Shown here: piece by piece, positions 14,516 through 31,420 of the stretch
Layout: each line of letters opens with the position of its first letter
Numbering within the stretch: position 1 is the stretch's first letter
DNA from: the human T2T-CHM13v2.0 reference genome, Homo sapiens
Reading direction: 5' to 3' (one strand)
Length of the DNA: 64,000 bases
NCBI RefSeq assembly: GCF_009914755.1
Contig: NC_060927.1
The notes under the pieces: model-generated
What the model was told of the DNA's origin: nothing
The model's input: only the letters and a program-made list of their open reading frames with translations
The model's database searches: none
Translations under genes and position numbers: made by a program

Positions 14516-15756
14516 CTTGTCCATCTCTCCCACAGTGGTTAACTATTAAAAATTAGTCAGTTTACAGTGCAATCACCAGTAAGATAGCAGTATATACAAA
14601 GTAGTTGGGACAGAGAGGGCTGTGTCTGGAGGATTAGGAGAAAGCTTGACAGAAGAGCTTCATTTGGGTTTTAAAGACTAGATGGAGTTTGCTGGATGGA
14701 ACAGCAGTAGCAGCATGTACAAATGCAAAGCTTCATGGAAGAGTACGCTGTGCTAAGGGAAGGCAAATGTGCCTGCAGTGTGACCAAGCTAGAAAGAAGA
14801 AACTTATCCAATAGCCACTGGATGTCATTGGAAAGTTTTACTACAAAATTCCTCCTGTAAGTGTGTGGGATCAATGAGTATGAAAAGAATAGACGTTAAA
14901 AAATCATATAGGATCATATTGCAATTACAGTTTGGGAAAAAATTGTCTGCTTAAGTTTTGGTTAGTGGGAATCAATAGGAGGGGAAAGACTTCAGAGGAC
15001 TCAGCAAATATAGGATGGAATAATGAGTTGCATTTATTTACTTATCCAATCTTTGTTAACACTTCCTAGAAGCCTGGCACTGAATTAGGATTTAGAGAAA
15101 CAAATATGAATGGTGTGGTTCCTACCCCAGAGGGGCTCACAGTCTTGTGAGTCTGATTTTGCCTCGGGTTTAGAAAGGACTGTGGAACATCTCAGAGCCT
15201 CTCAGTAGGAGCAGAAAAGTTACTGGGGAGTACAGATGCATGTATGTGATCTGCAGAAGCTGGTCAGGATCCAACTTGCATTTACTACATTTCCATGGAT
15301 GTTCAGTTGCCATCTTCTGCCTACTCCTGAGCTTTCATCCAAGAGAAATCAGTGTTTGCTTTACAAGGTAAAACATTGATTTAGCCTTCAGCCTAGACAT
15401 TCTCTGCTTATTGAGCCCCATAGGCAACTTCATATCTACACTTTCATCCTGTCTCTTTCAACTCTACTCTTTAAAAAAAGAACTTTCCTATTAAACACTC
15501 TTATTCTGAACAATCTCTAGCTTTTTACTTTTCTAGCCAAACTGTTTTCAAAATACCTGCTATTTCTTATAGACTTATAAAGTTTTTAACCCTTTTGAAA
15601 TTATATTGAACTGGTCCTACCTTTTGATGTATTTAGTTTAGCAAGTATCAGGGACAGTTTTAAACTGATGCTTCAGTTTGTGGCTTTGTTATAGACGGAA
15701 GACTTGTGGCTGAAAATAGGGCTAAATCATACTTCCTGAAGTTGCTTATTTTAGAG

Positions 15757-15875
15757 TCTCTAGAATCAGGTAGGCATGGATTTGATTCTCAGTTCTTAGT
15801 AACTACATGACCTTGAACGAATTAATTCATCTCTCAAAGTCCAAGTCTCCTCAATCTTAAAACGGGTCTAATATG
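15757..15875 (+). mobile_element. MIR
   Basis: 'tgaccttgaacgaattaattcatctctc...gtctcctcaatcttaaaacggg'. Confidence 0.65.
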
Positions 15876-15979
15876 TCTAATACATGAGATGGTGTTTGGC
15901 TATAATGTGCAAGATACCAAAGATATAATAAGGTACAAAAACAGACACAGTCCTGGGAATACCCAACACCTAGATTTAA

Positions 15980-16298
<319 letters not shown>

Positions 16299-16689
16299 CA
16301 GATTTTTTTTTAAATAAATAAATGATATATATCAAGTGAACAATGTTTTTGAAACTTAATCGTCATTACTTGTAAATCGATTTCACTAATTTTAACTATT
16401 GCCAAGTATTTGATTTTATAAATGAAACAAATATGCAATCATTTATTTATCCATTCTTCCTATAATAGACATTAATGTTTCCATTTTTATATTACCAAAA
16501 ATTCTGCAATAAATATTTCACACGTCTATGTGCTCACACATATTTATCTTGTTCTTTCTCCCTGTATATATATCTAAATGTTGATGAAGATTCTTTTTAG
16601 TTTTAAAAATACATATCAGAGTGCCTTTGCATTTCTCTCTGTGGACAATCATAATATCTAGAAGTAATGACATTTTTTTTTCATTTCTT

Positions 16690-17197
16690 TGACAGACTTC
16701 CGGTTGTCTAACCCAAATGCCAATTTTATATGGGCACCCTGCCACTCTTCTAAAAGACTACATTTTGCAGGCAATTTTGCAACCAGGTAACTTCATTCTG
16801 GTCAACGAGATTTAAGCAAAGTGTTTTGTGGGACTTTAGGAAAGCCTCCTTAAATGGGAAAAGGTGAGCTTTTCTTCCTCACTACTTCCTTCCTAAAATT
16901 GCCTAGAATGAAAATGCAATGTCTGGGAGTTTACCTTGAACATAAGGCCATATGCAAAACTCGTAGAGCAACAAGATAGAAGTATGGGTCCCTGAACACT
17001 GTGAAGCTGCCACATCAATCCAGCCTCTGGATTCTCATTCTCTTTCTCTCTCTTTTCTTTTCTTTTTCCTTTTCTTTCTTTCTTCTTTTTCTTTCTTTCT
17101 CTCTCTCTCTTTCTTTTTTTTGTGAAAGTTCTATCTTATTTAAGTTATTATCATTTAAGATTTTTCTGTATATACAGCTGAAATCCTAATGTATACA
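16690..17197 (+). mobile_element. MLT1J-like MaLR LTR
   Basis: 'gactacatttt..ttctggtcaacgagatttaagc', 'gagcaacaagatagaag.atgggtccctg', ends 'cagctgaaatcctaatgtataca'. Confidence 0.72.
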
Positions 17198-17706
17198 CTT
17201 TCCATTTCTTGTATCTCTTATCTTTTCCTTGAGCTATTGTGTTATCTTTGACCTCCAGGAAAATACTGAATAATGGTGTTCATTGCAGCCCTCCTTCTAT
17301 TATTCTTACCTAGAATAGAAATGAATCAAAATCTTCTTCATTAAGTGTGGTATTTGAGTTTTTGATATTAGAGTTTTTGTAGATATGTTTTATTATTAAG
17401 GGAGAAGAAAATAAAAAGTACATCTTATCTATCTGTCATCGTTATACTTTTATCTTAGTTAAAATCAGAGAAGTAGCCATTAACTACTAGTAGATAGTTG
17501 CATACATTAGATCTAACCATATATAAGCTTTTAAAGGCTGTTGCTCTTTTAAAATATTTCTCTTTATTTTTAATGTACAACAGGGACATTTATAATCCAA
17601 ATATAGTCTATATGTACATGTAGCAAAATAAATCTTATAATAATAAGATTATAACAAAATAATATAGCATACTAGTGAAATAGCCACAATTAAAATTCCC
17701 ATGTCA

Positions 17707-18015
<309 letters not shown>

Positions 18016-19469
18016 TCAGAGAATTCCTAGTATTACCTTGCAATTGACTTTGTTTGTTTGTTTGTTTGTTTGTTTTTTGTTTGCCTGGCATTACTACAGA
18101 CAGAAGAAACAAACTTTATCTGATGAACGAAAGATTCTTTTTGGTTCGGCATTCAATTTTTAATGATAGATTTCTGAACTTTGCTTTTAAAAAAGTAGGC
18201 TGAATAACTGAACACAAATAAATAACAAAAATTTCCAATCACATGGTACCTATAAAGAAGGTGCTGCCTTTATTTTAAAGAAAGGGAAACATTTATTAAA
18301 GACTTTTCAGAAGAAATAAAGAATAAGGAGGAACAGAATATCAAAACTTCAAAAGATGGATCAATAGGAAAGATTTATATTTTGATCTTTCCAAAATATT
18401 TGCTTGTTATATATACTGCAAAGTAACATCTATCTTTTATTTCTTTTTAGAAGCCAAACACCTGTTAAATGTTATATACATACTCTAACATTTACTTTTA
18501 ATGCATGTGCAAATACTTCACAATCTCCTTCTCTTAAAATCCAACAAAGCGCCTGCCCACCCAGGTCTTTTCTATAGCATTTTAAACACACATCTGAAGT
18601 TGTTGGCCATATGTGCTGGAACTCTAACTGCTGCATTGATTTGAAGACATAGACAAGATTTGGATTAGCTACCCAATTTAGATTTTGACAATTGTATGAT
18701 CTATGTGCTGAATAGAACCTCAAACCACAAAGGATTTGCAGTAATGACTCCATCAAAATATTCAGGTTTATAGAAATAGTACCAGTATACAAGTTTATTT
18801 TTGCTCTTAAATATAGTAATATTGGAATGCATACTGTTTCAAGTCAGCTGGATCTTTTATGTTGTGTTCATGTTTCTCATCTCTTGATTCAACTACTTAG
18901 AATATAGCCTAAAGGAAGCAGATGGTAAGTGAGTGAATAAAGACCTGAATTCTAGTTCCATAATTATTTAGCTAAGTCCCAGAGATTGGTTGGTAGAGTA
19001 GGCTTTTTTTTTTTTCTCCCAGAGATAGTATATATGAATCCTCTCCAAGGTTGCTAATACTAATGATAATCTTCACTATACAACTCTGTTTAAACAAAGC
19101 GCATATTTCTGGAAAAATTACCAGGGTATTTTTGTCATTTTGCAATGAAAATAAATAAGATCATTCCACTTCCACAATTGAAAGGATGTCAGAGGTTATG
19201 AGGAAAGTCAAACAGAAGTTTGAAATTTTATTTCAAGAATTACCATATAGTAATTTTTAGTCAATCCATACTCTCAGATGACTTGTGGCACCTGTTTATA
19301 TCAACCAAGGTAGAGCAGATGGAGTTACTACAGGTGAGGCTGAATTTGGGAAACAGGAAAATGCCACAAGATTTATGCACTGACAGATCTGAAATTGAAT
19401 CATATGAAATTTCAATATTTGAGTTTCTGACTTTCAAAATGACAATTTCATTTTGTTTAACCCAACATT

Positions 19470-19702
19470 AATGGCTAATATTTATTAAGCAGTAAGGGTT
19501 TTATATGTATTCAATCACTTATTCCTCACAGCTATGCAGTGTGGCAGTAATTATAGTAACCCTTCCCATTTGAGAGATGATAAAATGAGCCACAAAGGGG
19601 TCAGAAATTTCCCTTAGGTCACACAGCTAGTAAGTCTTAGAGCTGGGTTTAGGATCCAGGTGCTCTGTGTTTGATGCCCAGGCTCTTTACCTGCACTACA
19701 CT
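19470..19702 (-). mobile_element. MIR
   Basis: 'cccatttgagagatgataaaatgag..aggtcacacagctagtaagt..agagctgggttt'. Confidence 0.8.
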
Positions 19703-19759
19703 AGTTATATATTTAGCCCACAGAATATAAATAAAGTCAAATTCATATTCCAGTTCTGG

Positions 19760-20195
19760 ATTGCAAAATGCCCCAAATTTCTATCCACTGACCTAAAGGT
19801 AAAGCTAAATTCTAGACCCATGTATATGACTTCCTCTTGGACAGCTTCACCCGTATGTACTTCAGATTTTTTCCACTCAACATCTCCAGAAAAAAACCTT
19901 AATTCTCTTTCTCCACACTGCTCAGTAGCCCATGCCAGAATTTTACGTTTTTCCTGGACTCCTCCTTAATTTCAAGTTCATTCAGTTACTAGGTTCAGTC
20001 ATATCTATTTCCTTATCTCTTTCATACCTACCTTCTTCCCTCCACCTCTACAACCAGAATTTCTCACCTGGACAACTATAATAGGCTTCTATTTTTCTGC
20101 CTATATCGACCATTGGTCTGCCTCAGTTCAATAATCCATCAGTCACTGCGTGAATTTTTGAACATGTAAATCTGATCATGTTATACTCCCTCTTT
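19760..20195 (+). mobile_element. L2 fragment
   Basis: 'tctcacctggacaactataataggcttc', 'tgtaaatctgatcatgttatactccc'. Confidence 0.65.
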
Positions 20196-22662
20196 CCTGC
20201 TGGATAATTTGTATATAACTTATATTATTTTGCAACTCTTCACTGGTTTTTCCCATTCCTACTAGTCTCAAGTTCCATGCAGGGAGTATTAGCCTATTAC
20301 ATTTTGTAGTCACATTAATATATGTATAATAGTGCTATGTTAAATGTGTGTAAATTGTGATTTATAATCAATTTCCTTATGTAATTGAGGTGCTTGTCAC
20401 TTACATTAAAGTGTTCATTTCAATTTCTCAAATTATTTGCTTTGCATTTTTCTACTTTAAAAGTATTTCAGGTCATTTCTAGGTACATTACAGAGCATGA
20501 AATGGTGCCACAGGGCTTATAATTGGCCTAAGGCTTCACTTTGCAATTGAGCAGATCAACCTTCTATGACTTATTAATTCTTACTTCTACTATAAACTGA
20601 TATTTTTAAGGCTATTGGCATAACATTTTTATATTAACCCCAGTTCTTGTGGGGTTAGACTTTCATTTCTTCAGAAAGGACAGATTAAACAAAATGAAGT
20701 CAATTTCTTCACAATTTCCTACATGTAGATATCATCGGCATATTGAGCATTTTGCTCATGTGTTCCGATGCACATATTCACAATTGCATTTGTTATCTAC
20801 TTACTCCTCACTAGAGATAAATAACCTATTTGATTGGAGTGTGCCAGTATGTTGTGATTTGTCATGTAAAACCTAATTTTTAATTAAATGTAATTTTACT
20901 TTTTCATTGTGTTGGTTTGTAATATTCCTTATAGCAGAAACTAAGATGAGTAAGCTGACTATGCTTGGGGTCCTTGGGGTGTTCTATAATGTTTAGATCC
21001 TTTTGGTTAAATTTCATGAGAATTAGAGGTAATGTGGCATTGGAGGAGGATGGCATTGCTGTGTCGGCAATTAATAAGAAACAGAATAGAGACTGGTCTG
21101 GCTTCTTTCTTAAAAAATCCCAGGAAAATATACAGCACCAGAGCTTTTACTAATGGGTAGGCCTGGTTCTACTAGACAAAGAACATAAGTATCACCCTTC
21201 TTCCTCTATAATAATTTAGAACGGGTTCATCCAGGTCCCATTTGCATCTCCTTGTCCTTTCTCACTGCCAGTATCATATCTGAGTTACTCATAACCACAT
21301 GAAAAAACATTTTGCTACCCTTCCCACCATATTGAGTTGCAAGTGACTTCTAGACTATCTCAGGCTGTCTGATTGGACACTCCACAGCAATTACTCCTGT
21401 TTGCCTGGGCTTAAGGGAATGCTGTGAGGCCAGCCCTAACCCTGGGGTGCACTTGGAAAGTGAGACAAAGTTATTCTGAGACGTCCATCACCTCTACATC
21501 ACTAGTCCTGCAGTCTGCCTGTAGATGGGGGACAAGGAATAGATTCCTTTCTGACCAATATCTAACTCTTGTGTTTTTCCCTCTCTTTTCTTTTAACCCT
21601 TTATTTAGCATGCTTTATTTAGTCTCAGGGACAGCAAAAACAGGCTTGAGCTAGTCATATATTCTAGATCATCTTCCCTTATGCCTGGTCCCTGGCTTTT
21701 TATTTTCAAAAGTCAGTAATTTAAGAAATAAAAGGTATCCAAATTGAAAAGGAGGAAGTCAAATTGTCTCTGTTTGCAGATTACATTATCTTATATACAG
21801 AAAAACCTAAAGACCCCACCCAAAACTCTTAGAACTAATAAATTCAGTAAAGTTGCAGGATACAAAAGTAATATAGAAATCAGTAGCATTTTTATACATA
21901 ATCAACAAACTAGCTGAAAAAGAAATCAAGAAGTCAATCACATTTACAATAGCTACAAAAATACCTAGGAATAAATTTAATCAAGGATGTGAAAGACTTC
22001 TATAAGAAAAACTGAAAAACACTGATGAAAGAAATTGAAGAGGATACAAACAAATGGGAAGACATCCCATGCTCACGGATCAGACAAATTAATATTGTAA
22101 AAATGATAATACCATCCAAAGCAATCTACAGATTCAACGCAATCCCTGTCAAAATACCAATGGCCTTTTTCTAAAATTTGTATGGAGCTGCAAAAGACCA
22201 GGACTAGCCAAAGTAATCCTGAGCAAAAAGAACAAAGCTGGAAGTATCACTACCAGACCTCAGAATATACTACAAAGCTGTAGTAACCAAAATAGCATAG
22301 TATCGGCATAAAAACACACACATAGACCAATGGAACAGAATAAAGACCACAGAACACATAGACCAATGGAACAGAATAGAGAAATTAATTCACACATCTA
22401 TAGCTAAATGATTTTTGACAAAGGCAAGAACACTCATTGGAGAAAGAATAATCTATTCGATAAATGGTGTTGGCAAAATTGAAATTCATGTGCCAAAGAA
22501 TGAAAGTAAACTCCCAGCCCTCACTCTGTACAAAAATCAACTCAAAATAGATAAAAGGTCCAAGTGTAAAACTTGAAGCTATAAAACTGCTTGAGGAAAA
22601 CAGAGAAACTTCTTCAGGACATTGGTCTGGGAAGATATTTTATGTTAAGGCCTCAAAAACTA

Positions 22663-22997
<335 letters not shown>

Positions 22998-24077
22998 ACC
23001 CACAGGTAACAACAACAAAAATAAACACACGAGATTATATCAAGCTAAAAAGGCTCTGCACAGCAGCAAAGGAAACAATTAACAGAGTGAAAAGACAGTC
23101 TACAGAATGGGATAAAATATTTGCAAACTACTCATTCATGGGGTATTGATATCCAGAATATTCAAGGAATTCAAACATCTCAACAGCAAAAATAACAATC
23201 AGTTTAAAAAATGGGTAAATAATTTGAACAGACATTTCTCAAAAGACATACAAATGGCCAACAAATATATGAAACAATGCTCATCAGAGAAATGTAAATC
23301 AAAACCCCAATGAGGTATCTTCTTATGCCAGTTAGGATGGCCTATTAGCAAAAAGACAAAAATAACAAATGCTAACAAGAATGTGGAGAAAAAGAAACTC
23401 TTACATACTGTTGTTGGGAATGCAAACTAGTACAGCCACTATGAAGAACAGTTTGAAGTTTTCTGAAAAAACTACAATAGGACTGCCTATGACCCAGGAA
23501 TCCCACTATTGGGAATCTATCCAGAGAAAAGGAAATCATTGTTTTGGAGAGACATCTGCACCCCCACATTTATTGCAGCACTATTCACAATAGCCAAGAT
23601 GTGGAATCAACCTAGGTCTCCGTCAACAGATAAATGAATAAAGAAAATACACCATACATATCTGATGAAGTACTATTCAGACATAAAACACAATGAAAAC
23701 CTGTCATTTGTGGCAACATGGATGGGCTGGAGAACATTATGTTAAATGAAATAAGCCAGAAAAAGAAAGTTAAACATTGCATGTTCTTGTTCATATGTGG
23801 AAGTTAAAAAAAGTTGGTCTCATAAAAGTAAAAACTAGAACAGAGAGTACCAGAGGCTGTGAAGGGTAGAAGGAAGGGAAGAATAGGGGGAAATTTGTTA
23901 AAGGATAGAAAATTATAGCTAGATAAAGGGAATAAATTCTACTTCTATACCACTGTAAGATGTCTATATTCAAAACTAATATATAGTTTCCAATAGCTAT
24001 AAGGAGGATATTGAACATTCTAATCCAAAGAATAATGAATACTTGAGATGATGAATATGCTAATTATCCTAATCATA

Positions 24078-24557
24078 TTGTATTAGGGTTCTCTAGAGGG
24101 ATAGAATAGGGTAGGTATATGAAGGATATACCCTATCTCTAATATGTACCCTATCTCTAATAGAGTAGATATATAAAGGAGTTTATTATAAAATATGAAC
24201 TTATATGATCACAAAGTCCCACAATAGGCTGTCTGCAAGCTTGAGGAGCAGGAGTGCCAGTCCAAGTCTTAAAATTGAAGAATTCGGAGTCTGATGTTCG
24301 AGGGCAGAAAGCATCCAGCAAGGGAGAAAGATGTAGGCTGGGAGGCTGGGCCAGTCTTGCATTTTCATGTTTTTCTGCCTGCTTTATATTTGGTGGCAGC
24401 TGATTAGATTGTGCCCACCAGATTAAGGGTGGGTCTGCCTTCCCCAGCCCACTGACTCAAATGTTAATCTCCTTTGGCAACATCCTCACAGACACACCCA
24501 GGAACAATACTTGCATCCTTCAATCCAATGAAGTTGACACTCAGTATTACCCATCAC
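24078..24557 (-). mobile_element. MLT2A solo LTR
   Basis: 'tgtattagggttctctagaggga...caatccaatgaagttgacactcagtattacccatcaca'; L1 sequence resumes on both sides. Confidence 0.9.
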
Positions 24558-25374
24558 ATCACTGTCCATTCTATGTATTGAAACATCACTACGAACTCCT
24601 TGAGTATGTGCAATTATTATTTGTCAATTAAAAATACAAATTTTAAAAAATGTCAAGAATTTGCCTTACCTGCCATTGTTTCCGTTGTGTCATCCCTTCC
24701 CAGAGGAGAATAAGTACTGAATATTCTTACTGTTTATTACTGCTTAAAGGAGGAAATGTAGTTAAAAATATAGAGAAAAAAAGTAGTTACTATATCAAAA
24801 GGTTTTTGCACTACATGCAATTTTATTTTGGTTGTTTTATCATAGTTTTAATCTTACTTAGTCATTGCTATAGTAAAAACTCAATTCTGGTTAATTAAAG
24901 TTAATATTTTTAGTATTAGCAAAAAATTACAAGAACAAATTTTAAAATATTTAGCCTTTTTACAACCCCAGTGTCAGAATTACACTGTACCTGGAATAGG
25001 CTTCCAATATGTGTTTCAATTGGTTTATGTTATATATGTATTTTTTTATATAGTAAGTAAAAATCATTTGTAATTAGGATACGAATGAACCAGGCTATGT
25101 AGGCGCCTAACATTATGCATATATTTAAATTACACTTTATTACTCATTTGCTTTAACAAGTTAAATCTAGCAGTGTCATTCTTTTAATGTGTGCCTTTTA
25201 AACTAATGAGAATTTATTTCATTATGCTGTAGAATAAAATGTCAAATAAGGAGAAGCCACAGATATTTATTTTATTTATGGGTCATAGCATTCTCAAAAA
25301 CTATATCTAGAAATTAAAAAGTTGAAATAGAAAAAAAAAACCTTAAGCAAAAAGAGTTTAAGAAGTGCTAGATC

Positions 25375-25661
25375 AGGAACAGAAAACCAAACATCACATG
25401 TTCTCCCTCCTAAGTGTGAATTCTCACTCACTGGGAGGGACACAGGGAGGGGAACATCACACACTGGGGCCAGTTGGGGGTGGGGGCAAGGGGAGGGAGA
25501 GTATTAGGACAAATACCTAATGCATGTGGGACTTAAAACCTAGATGACAGGTTGATGGGTGCAGCAAATCACCATGGCACACGTATACCTATATAACAAA
25601 CGTGCATGTTCTGCACATGTATCCCAGAACTTAAAGTATAATTTAAAAAAAAAAAAAAAAA
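25375..25661 (+). mobile_element. L1PA8-like, 5'-truncated to ~290 bp
   Basis: 3'UTR 'ggacaaatacctaatgcatgtgggacttaaaacctagatgac'; poly(A); 15-bp TSD aagaagtgctagatc (25360-25374 / 25662-25676). Confidence 0.92.
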
Positions 25662-27262
25662 AAGAAGTGCTAGATCCTTTCAGCTGGTTTCTGAAACCAG
25701 CTACCAAAGATATTTGGTGTACTTTTATTCCTGTCACTTCTAGCAAAGATTATGGAAAAACAAATAATTTGTAAATGCTGAGAATTGTACTCACTTCAGA
25801 GGATTATTGTAAGAATTAGTTGAGAAACCCAGAGCCTGGCACATGATAAATTCTCAATAAATGCATAATAAATATGTTCCTGATGGCATCTGGGAGGAAA
25901 CTGTATCAGAAAAAGGACAAAACTGTTCCTGATCCTGTACAGAAAGTAAGACCTCCTGGACTGTGATGTCTGTAGAGGGTTAGGTGCCAGGGTTCACAGA
26001 GCACATCGCTTTAATGGGAAGGGAAGCTCATTCAGGGAGAACAAGGAGAGTTAGGACAGGTGCCGAGACTCTAATAGGATGGGGAATGCAGAGGATTGTG
26101 AACACAGGCAGGAGACCTTTGACCTGCCAGAGAACAGCCAAGGTGTGCAAAACATGAAGCAACTTCCAAAAAGTGAAGATTCACAGGCAAGAGAAAGAGA
26201 AAGAATAAAGGGAAAGTACACTTAGAGGATATTGTAGGAAGGGCAGCAAAGCTCTAGCAATAAGACAGTAAGACACTGAGTAAATGACAGGTTTCCAGCT
26301 GAGCTCTTCCTTCTATAGAAGCAGAAACAGATCAAGAGCAAGACCCAGACACTGACAAGAAAATATCTAGCTGTTAAAATCCACTTAGGATTAGGTATCA
26401 AAATTAAAATAGATATGGTACTTTTTAAAAAGGCATTAATGCATATTATATAATTATACTGTATGATTATTCTTAAGTGCACATTTATCTTTCTAATTAA
26501 AGTTTCAGTTAAGAATTCTGAGAAATGATTATATTTTTATAAACCATCTGGTTTAGCTGTAGGCAAACTCGGGGAAAAATATGTCTGATGAGGTTAATCT
26601 TTTTCATTTCCCAACAAATCAGAACAAAGGCTGAGGAGAAGGAGGAATGTTCAGAATTGAAACAATGAACGTAAATGTATTTAAATATTTGTATATAAAA
26701 TTTTTGACATTTAAACATTACCTGAGAACCATTTTTCTTCACCACAATTATGTTAAATCTTCCATCATTTTATATATGATCAAATGTGATATGATATTAA
26801 GTCACTATTTTGAGGTAATTAGTTAGTACATTTAAGACCACAGTCATTTGGGGAGCTAACAGTGGGGGACTTCATAAACTAAGGTCCTTGAACTGTATTT
26901 CCATGAAGAATGTGGAGAATGATTAATTGAAGACCACCACACACATGCAATAATACAGTTCTCCCTCATTCTCTGCCTCCTTGTTTTTACATCTTCTGTC
27001 TCATTTTCTCTTCACTCTGTATGATTCTAACCCCTTCTCTCCCTGATATCACTTAATATTTACTGCTTTTCTTTCCAAAAAAGTACACTAAAGAGAAAAA
27101 AAGTACACTAAAGAGAAAAAAAGTCAAATGTTGTAGAATCATCAATTCTTTGTTTAATGGTATCAAGGCTCTGTTTAATGGTATTATTGAAATTTAAAGA
27201 AGTAACTTAATTTAGGTTCAATTTAAATTGTTTACTTGTCTTGGATTCTTATTAGCACCTCT

Positions 27263-27567
27263 TTTTTTTTTTTTTTTTTTTTTTTTTCTGAGATGGTGTC
27301 TGGCTCTGTCATCCAGGATGGAGTGTAGTCGTGCAATCTCGGCTCACTGCAACTTCTGCCTCCTGGGTTCAAGTGATTCTCCTGCCTCAGACTCCTGAGT
27401 AGCTGGGACAGGCACCAGGCACCATGCCTGGCTAATTTCTGTATTTTAGTAGAGATGGTGTTTCACCATGTTGGTCAGGCTGGTCTTGAAATCCTGACCT
27501 CAAGTGATTCACCTGCCTTGGCCTCCCAAAGTGCTGGAATTACAGGCATGAGCCACAGTGCCTGGCC
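27263..27567 (-). mobile_element. AluSx/Sz-like
   Basis: Complete Alu with T25 tail. Confidence 0.93.
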
Positions 27568-27659
27568 TTATTCTTACACATGTAACTGATTATTTAATAA
27601 CATTTAATTTCTGGCTTTTCTAATTCAACCTCAGAATGAAAGGCATTAATTTAGCAGTG

Positions 27660-28160
27660 GACCAGTAGCTGTGCACAGAGCAAAGTCCTTGTCCTTATAG
27701 AGTGCATATTATAGAAGGGGATGTAGAAAAAAATTAGAGAAATATAAGATATAATTTTAGGTACTGATGGGTGTTATAAGAAGAAATATAGAAAGAGTAT
27801 GAATTGAGAAAATGATGAGCAGGAACTTGTTTTAGACAGAGGTGGTGTATGAAAGTGAACAAGAAAGGGAAGAATGTAGAGTTCAAAAGGACATAGCTCA
27901 TGGAGAGCCTTAGAAGTCTTGGTGAGGATTTTATCCTGCGTTTGATGAGAATCCATTGGAGGGAAAATGTCAGAAGATTGATAATATGATTTACACTTAA
28001 AAAGAATTGCTTTGGCTTCTGTAGCAATATGAAGATGAACATCAAAGAGGAGACGAGTCAAGATTATGCAGCAGTTAGAAGAGGAAGGGATGGGAAATGG
28101 TCAGGTTTGAGCTATGTTTAGAAGTAGAGATGATGGTATTTGATGATGATATTTGGACAC
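27660..28160 (-). mobile_element. L2 fragment
   Basis: 'caaagtccttgtccttatagag..catattatag', 'gatttacacttaaaaagaattgctttggctt', 'ggaaatggtcaggtttgag'. Confidence 0.65.
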
Positions 28161-28574
28161 TAGATGATTAGTTTAGCACTTAAAGTTATAAAAATCTTAA
28201 ATAAGTTTTTGTTTAATAGAGGGCATAGCTCTCATCCTCCCATATAAATGCAGTCTGCCTGACCCATCTTCTACATGGTACCACATGCAAAGAAATGTAA
28301 CATTCTAATAAATGCACCGTAAGAAATTCAAAGTTTTCTTGAGTTCTCTTGGAAAGTAACATGACCAGTTATCTTAACATCCCCTTTCACCACCTCCTTT
28401 TCCTTCTGATTCTTATGTGGCTCAGTAGCCACACCACATTCTCCCTCCTCCCTCTCCCCTCAGCTCTCGCTGAGTTCAATCAGCATCAACTCATCTCTCT
28501 CTCTTCCTCTCCTCCTGTCCGTTGAGGGTCTCTCCTTCTACCTATTTTGACTTGAAACACTCTTGGCTTCCTCA

Positions 28575-28791
28575 AAGATGAAGTGAGGTGCTGCTTTGGA
28601 TGTCTTAGATTACTCTTCCCTGCCCACTACCCGCTCAGCACAGTGGAAGCCAGGCCAGCAGCCACCACGTCAGCAAGGCCTCCTAAGCCTCAAAGGTCAG
28701 GGAATGAGGGGAAGGGTTTGAGACTCATACACTAATACCTGTTGTCTCTTCTACCCTTATTATTAGCTAAGAGCCAGAAAGCACAGGTCTA
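28575..28791 (+). repeat. Left arm of an unassigned ~220-bp inverted repeat (partner 30159-30379)
   Basis: Hand alignment with the reverse complement of 30159-30379: 178/217 identical (82%), one 4-nt gap. Confidence 0.93.
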
Positions 28792-29130
28792 AAACACCTG
28801 GAAATCAGTTTAACTTAAATTTGAACTAGAAATGTCAATAGGACATTTTGAGAAGCAATATCTAAAAGTAATCATCTTGCTTTAAATACTTACTTGTATT
28901 CATAAATAATTGTTTTACAAATCAAACAATTATTCTTACGGCATAAAATACATCATGTGTCATTTAGGTATGCAATGTTTTAAACTTTCAACCAATTTAG
29001 GAATCATTATTTTAAAATCTCTAATTTGCGGGGACTTGACTCTTCCTTATTTTGATAATTCTATTTGTTGGTTTTTATATTAACTTTTCTAAATTTATTT
29101 TTATTCACTCAACTATTGTAAAATATGATT

Positions 29131-29477
<347 letters not shown>

Positions 29478-29702
29478 GCCAGTTGATTAGTATTTGCAAA
29501 TACAAATGTAATTCTTTGCTTATAAAATTTTGTACAGCTATGCTTTGGTGAGACATATGTTTAATACCAAATAGAGCAAAAGAACTATTAAATAAGATAT
29601 ATCTTTGTGAATGTTTTAATGAGTTATATAGTAATAATTTCTATTCCCTATAATATACTCAAAATTGCTTATAGCACATTACATACAGTATTATGATTAT
29701 GA

Positions 29703-30104
<402 letters not shown>

Positions 30105-30158
30105 TGAGCTTGCTAAATACTGTCCTATATGAATACATACATAAGTATGTATTTAAAC

Positions 30159-30379
30159 TAGACATGCGGTTTCTGGCTCTTGGATAATAATAAATACAGG
30201 AGAGGCAACAGGTTTCAGTGTATGAGTCTCCAAGCCTGCCCCTTATTCCCTGACTTTTGAGGCTAAGGTGGCCTTGCCGCTGCAGTGGCTGCTGGATTGG
30301 CCTCCGCTGTGCTGAGTGGGTGGTGAGTGGGCAGAGAAGAGAAATCAAAGACACCTAGAGCAGCACCTTAATTCACCTT
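30159..30379 (-). repeat. Right arm of the unassigned inverted repeat
   Basis: e.g. 'agtgtatgagtctc' here vs 'gagactcatacact' in the left arm; 'attccctgac' vs 'gtcagggaat'. Confidence 0.93.
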
Positions 30380-30627
30380 AAATATATAAGAAGGCCTTTT
30401 TTGAGACACAAATGAAACATAATTGCTTCTCGTACTTAATGTTTTGTCATTAACATTTTCCTCTGTCAATAACATCTATTTTAAAATAGAATGCTTTTGG
30501 AAAGTGAGAATTCTGAAGAATTCAAAAAAGGATATTGTGCTCCCAAGCAATTCAAGAGAGGGTAATGTACTAAATTAGACTACAGGGACAGGGAAGTTTC
30601 ACTAACGAGGTATCTGAACTGAGAAGC

Positions 30628-31420
<793 letters not shown>

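Noticed and set aside
19278-19333. Plus-strand exon candidate ending CAG|gtgagg
   Set aside because: Weak acceptor, no partner exons and no recognisable peptide.
26720-26770. Minus-strand exon candidate (DGRFNIIVVKKNGSQ|gtaatg)
   Set aside because: In-frame stop immediately upstream and no acceptor site.
27077-27185. 20-bp tandem duplication and a 13-bp repeat; also small duplications at 22318-22378 and 47643-47690
   Set aside because: Ordinary slippage microduplications.
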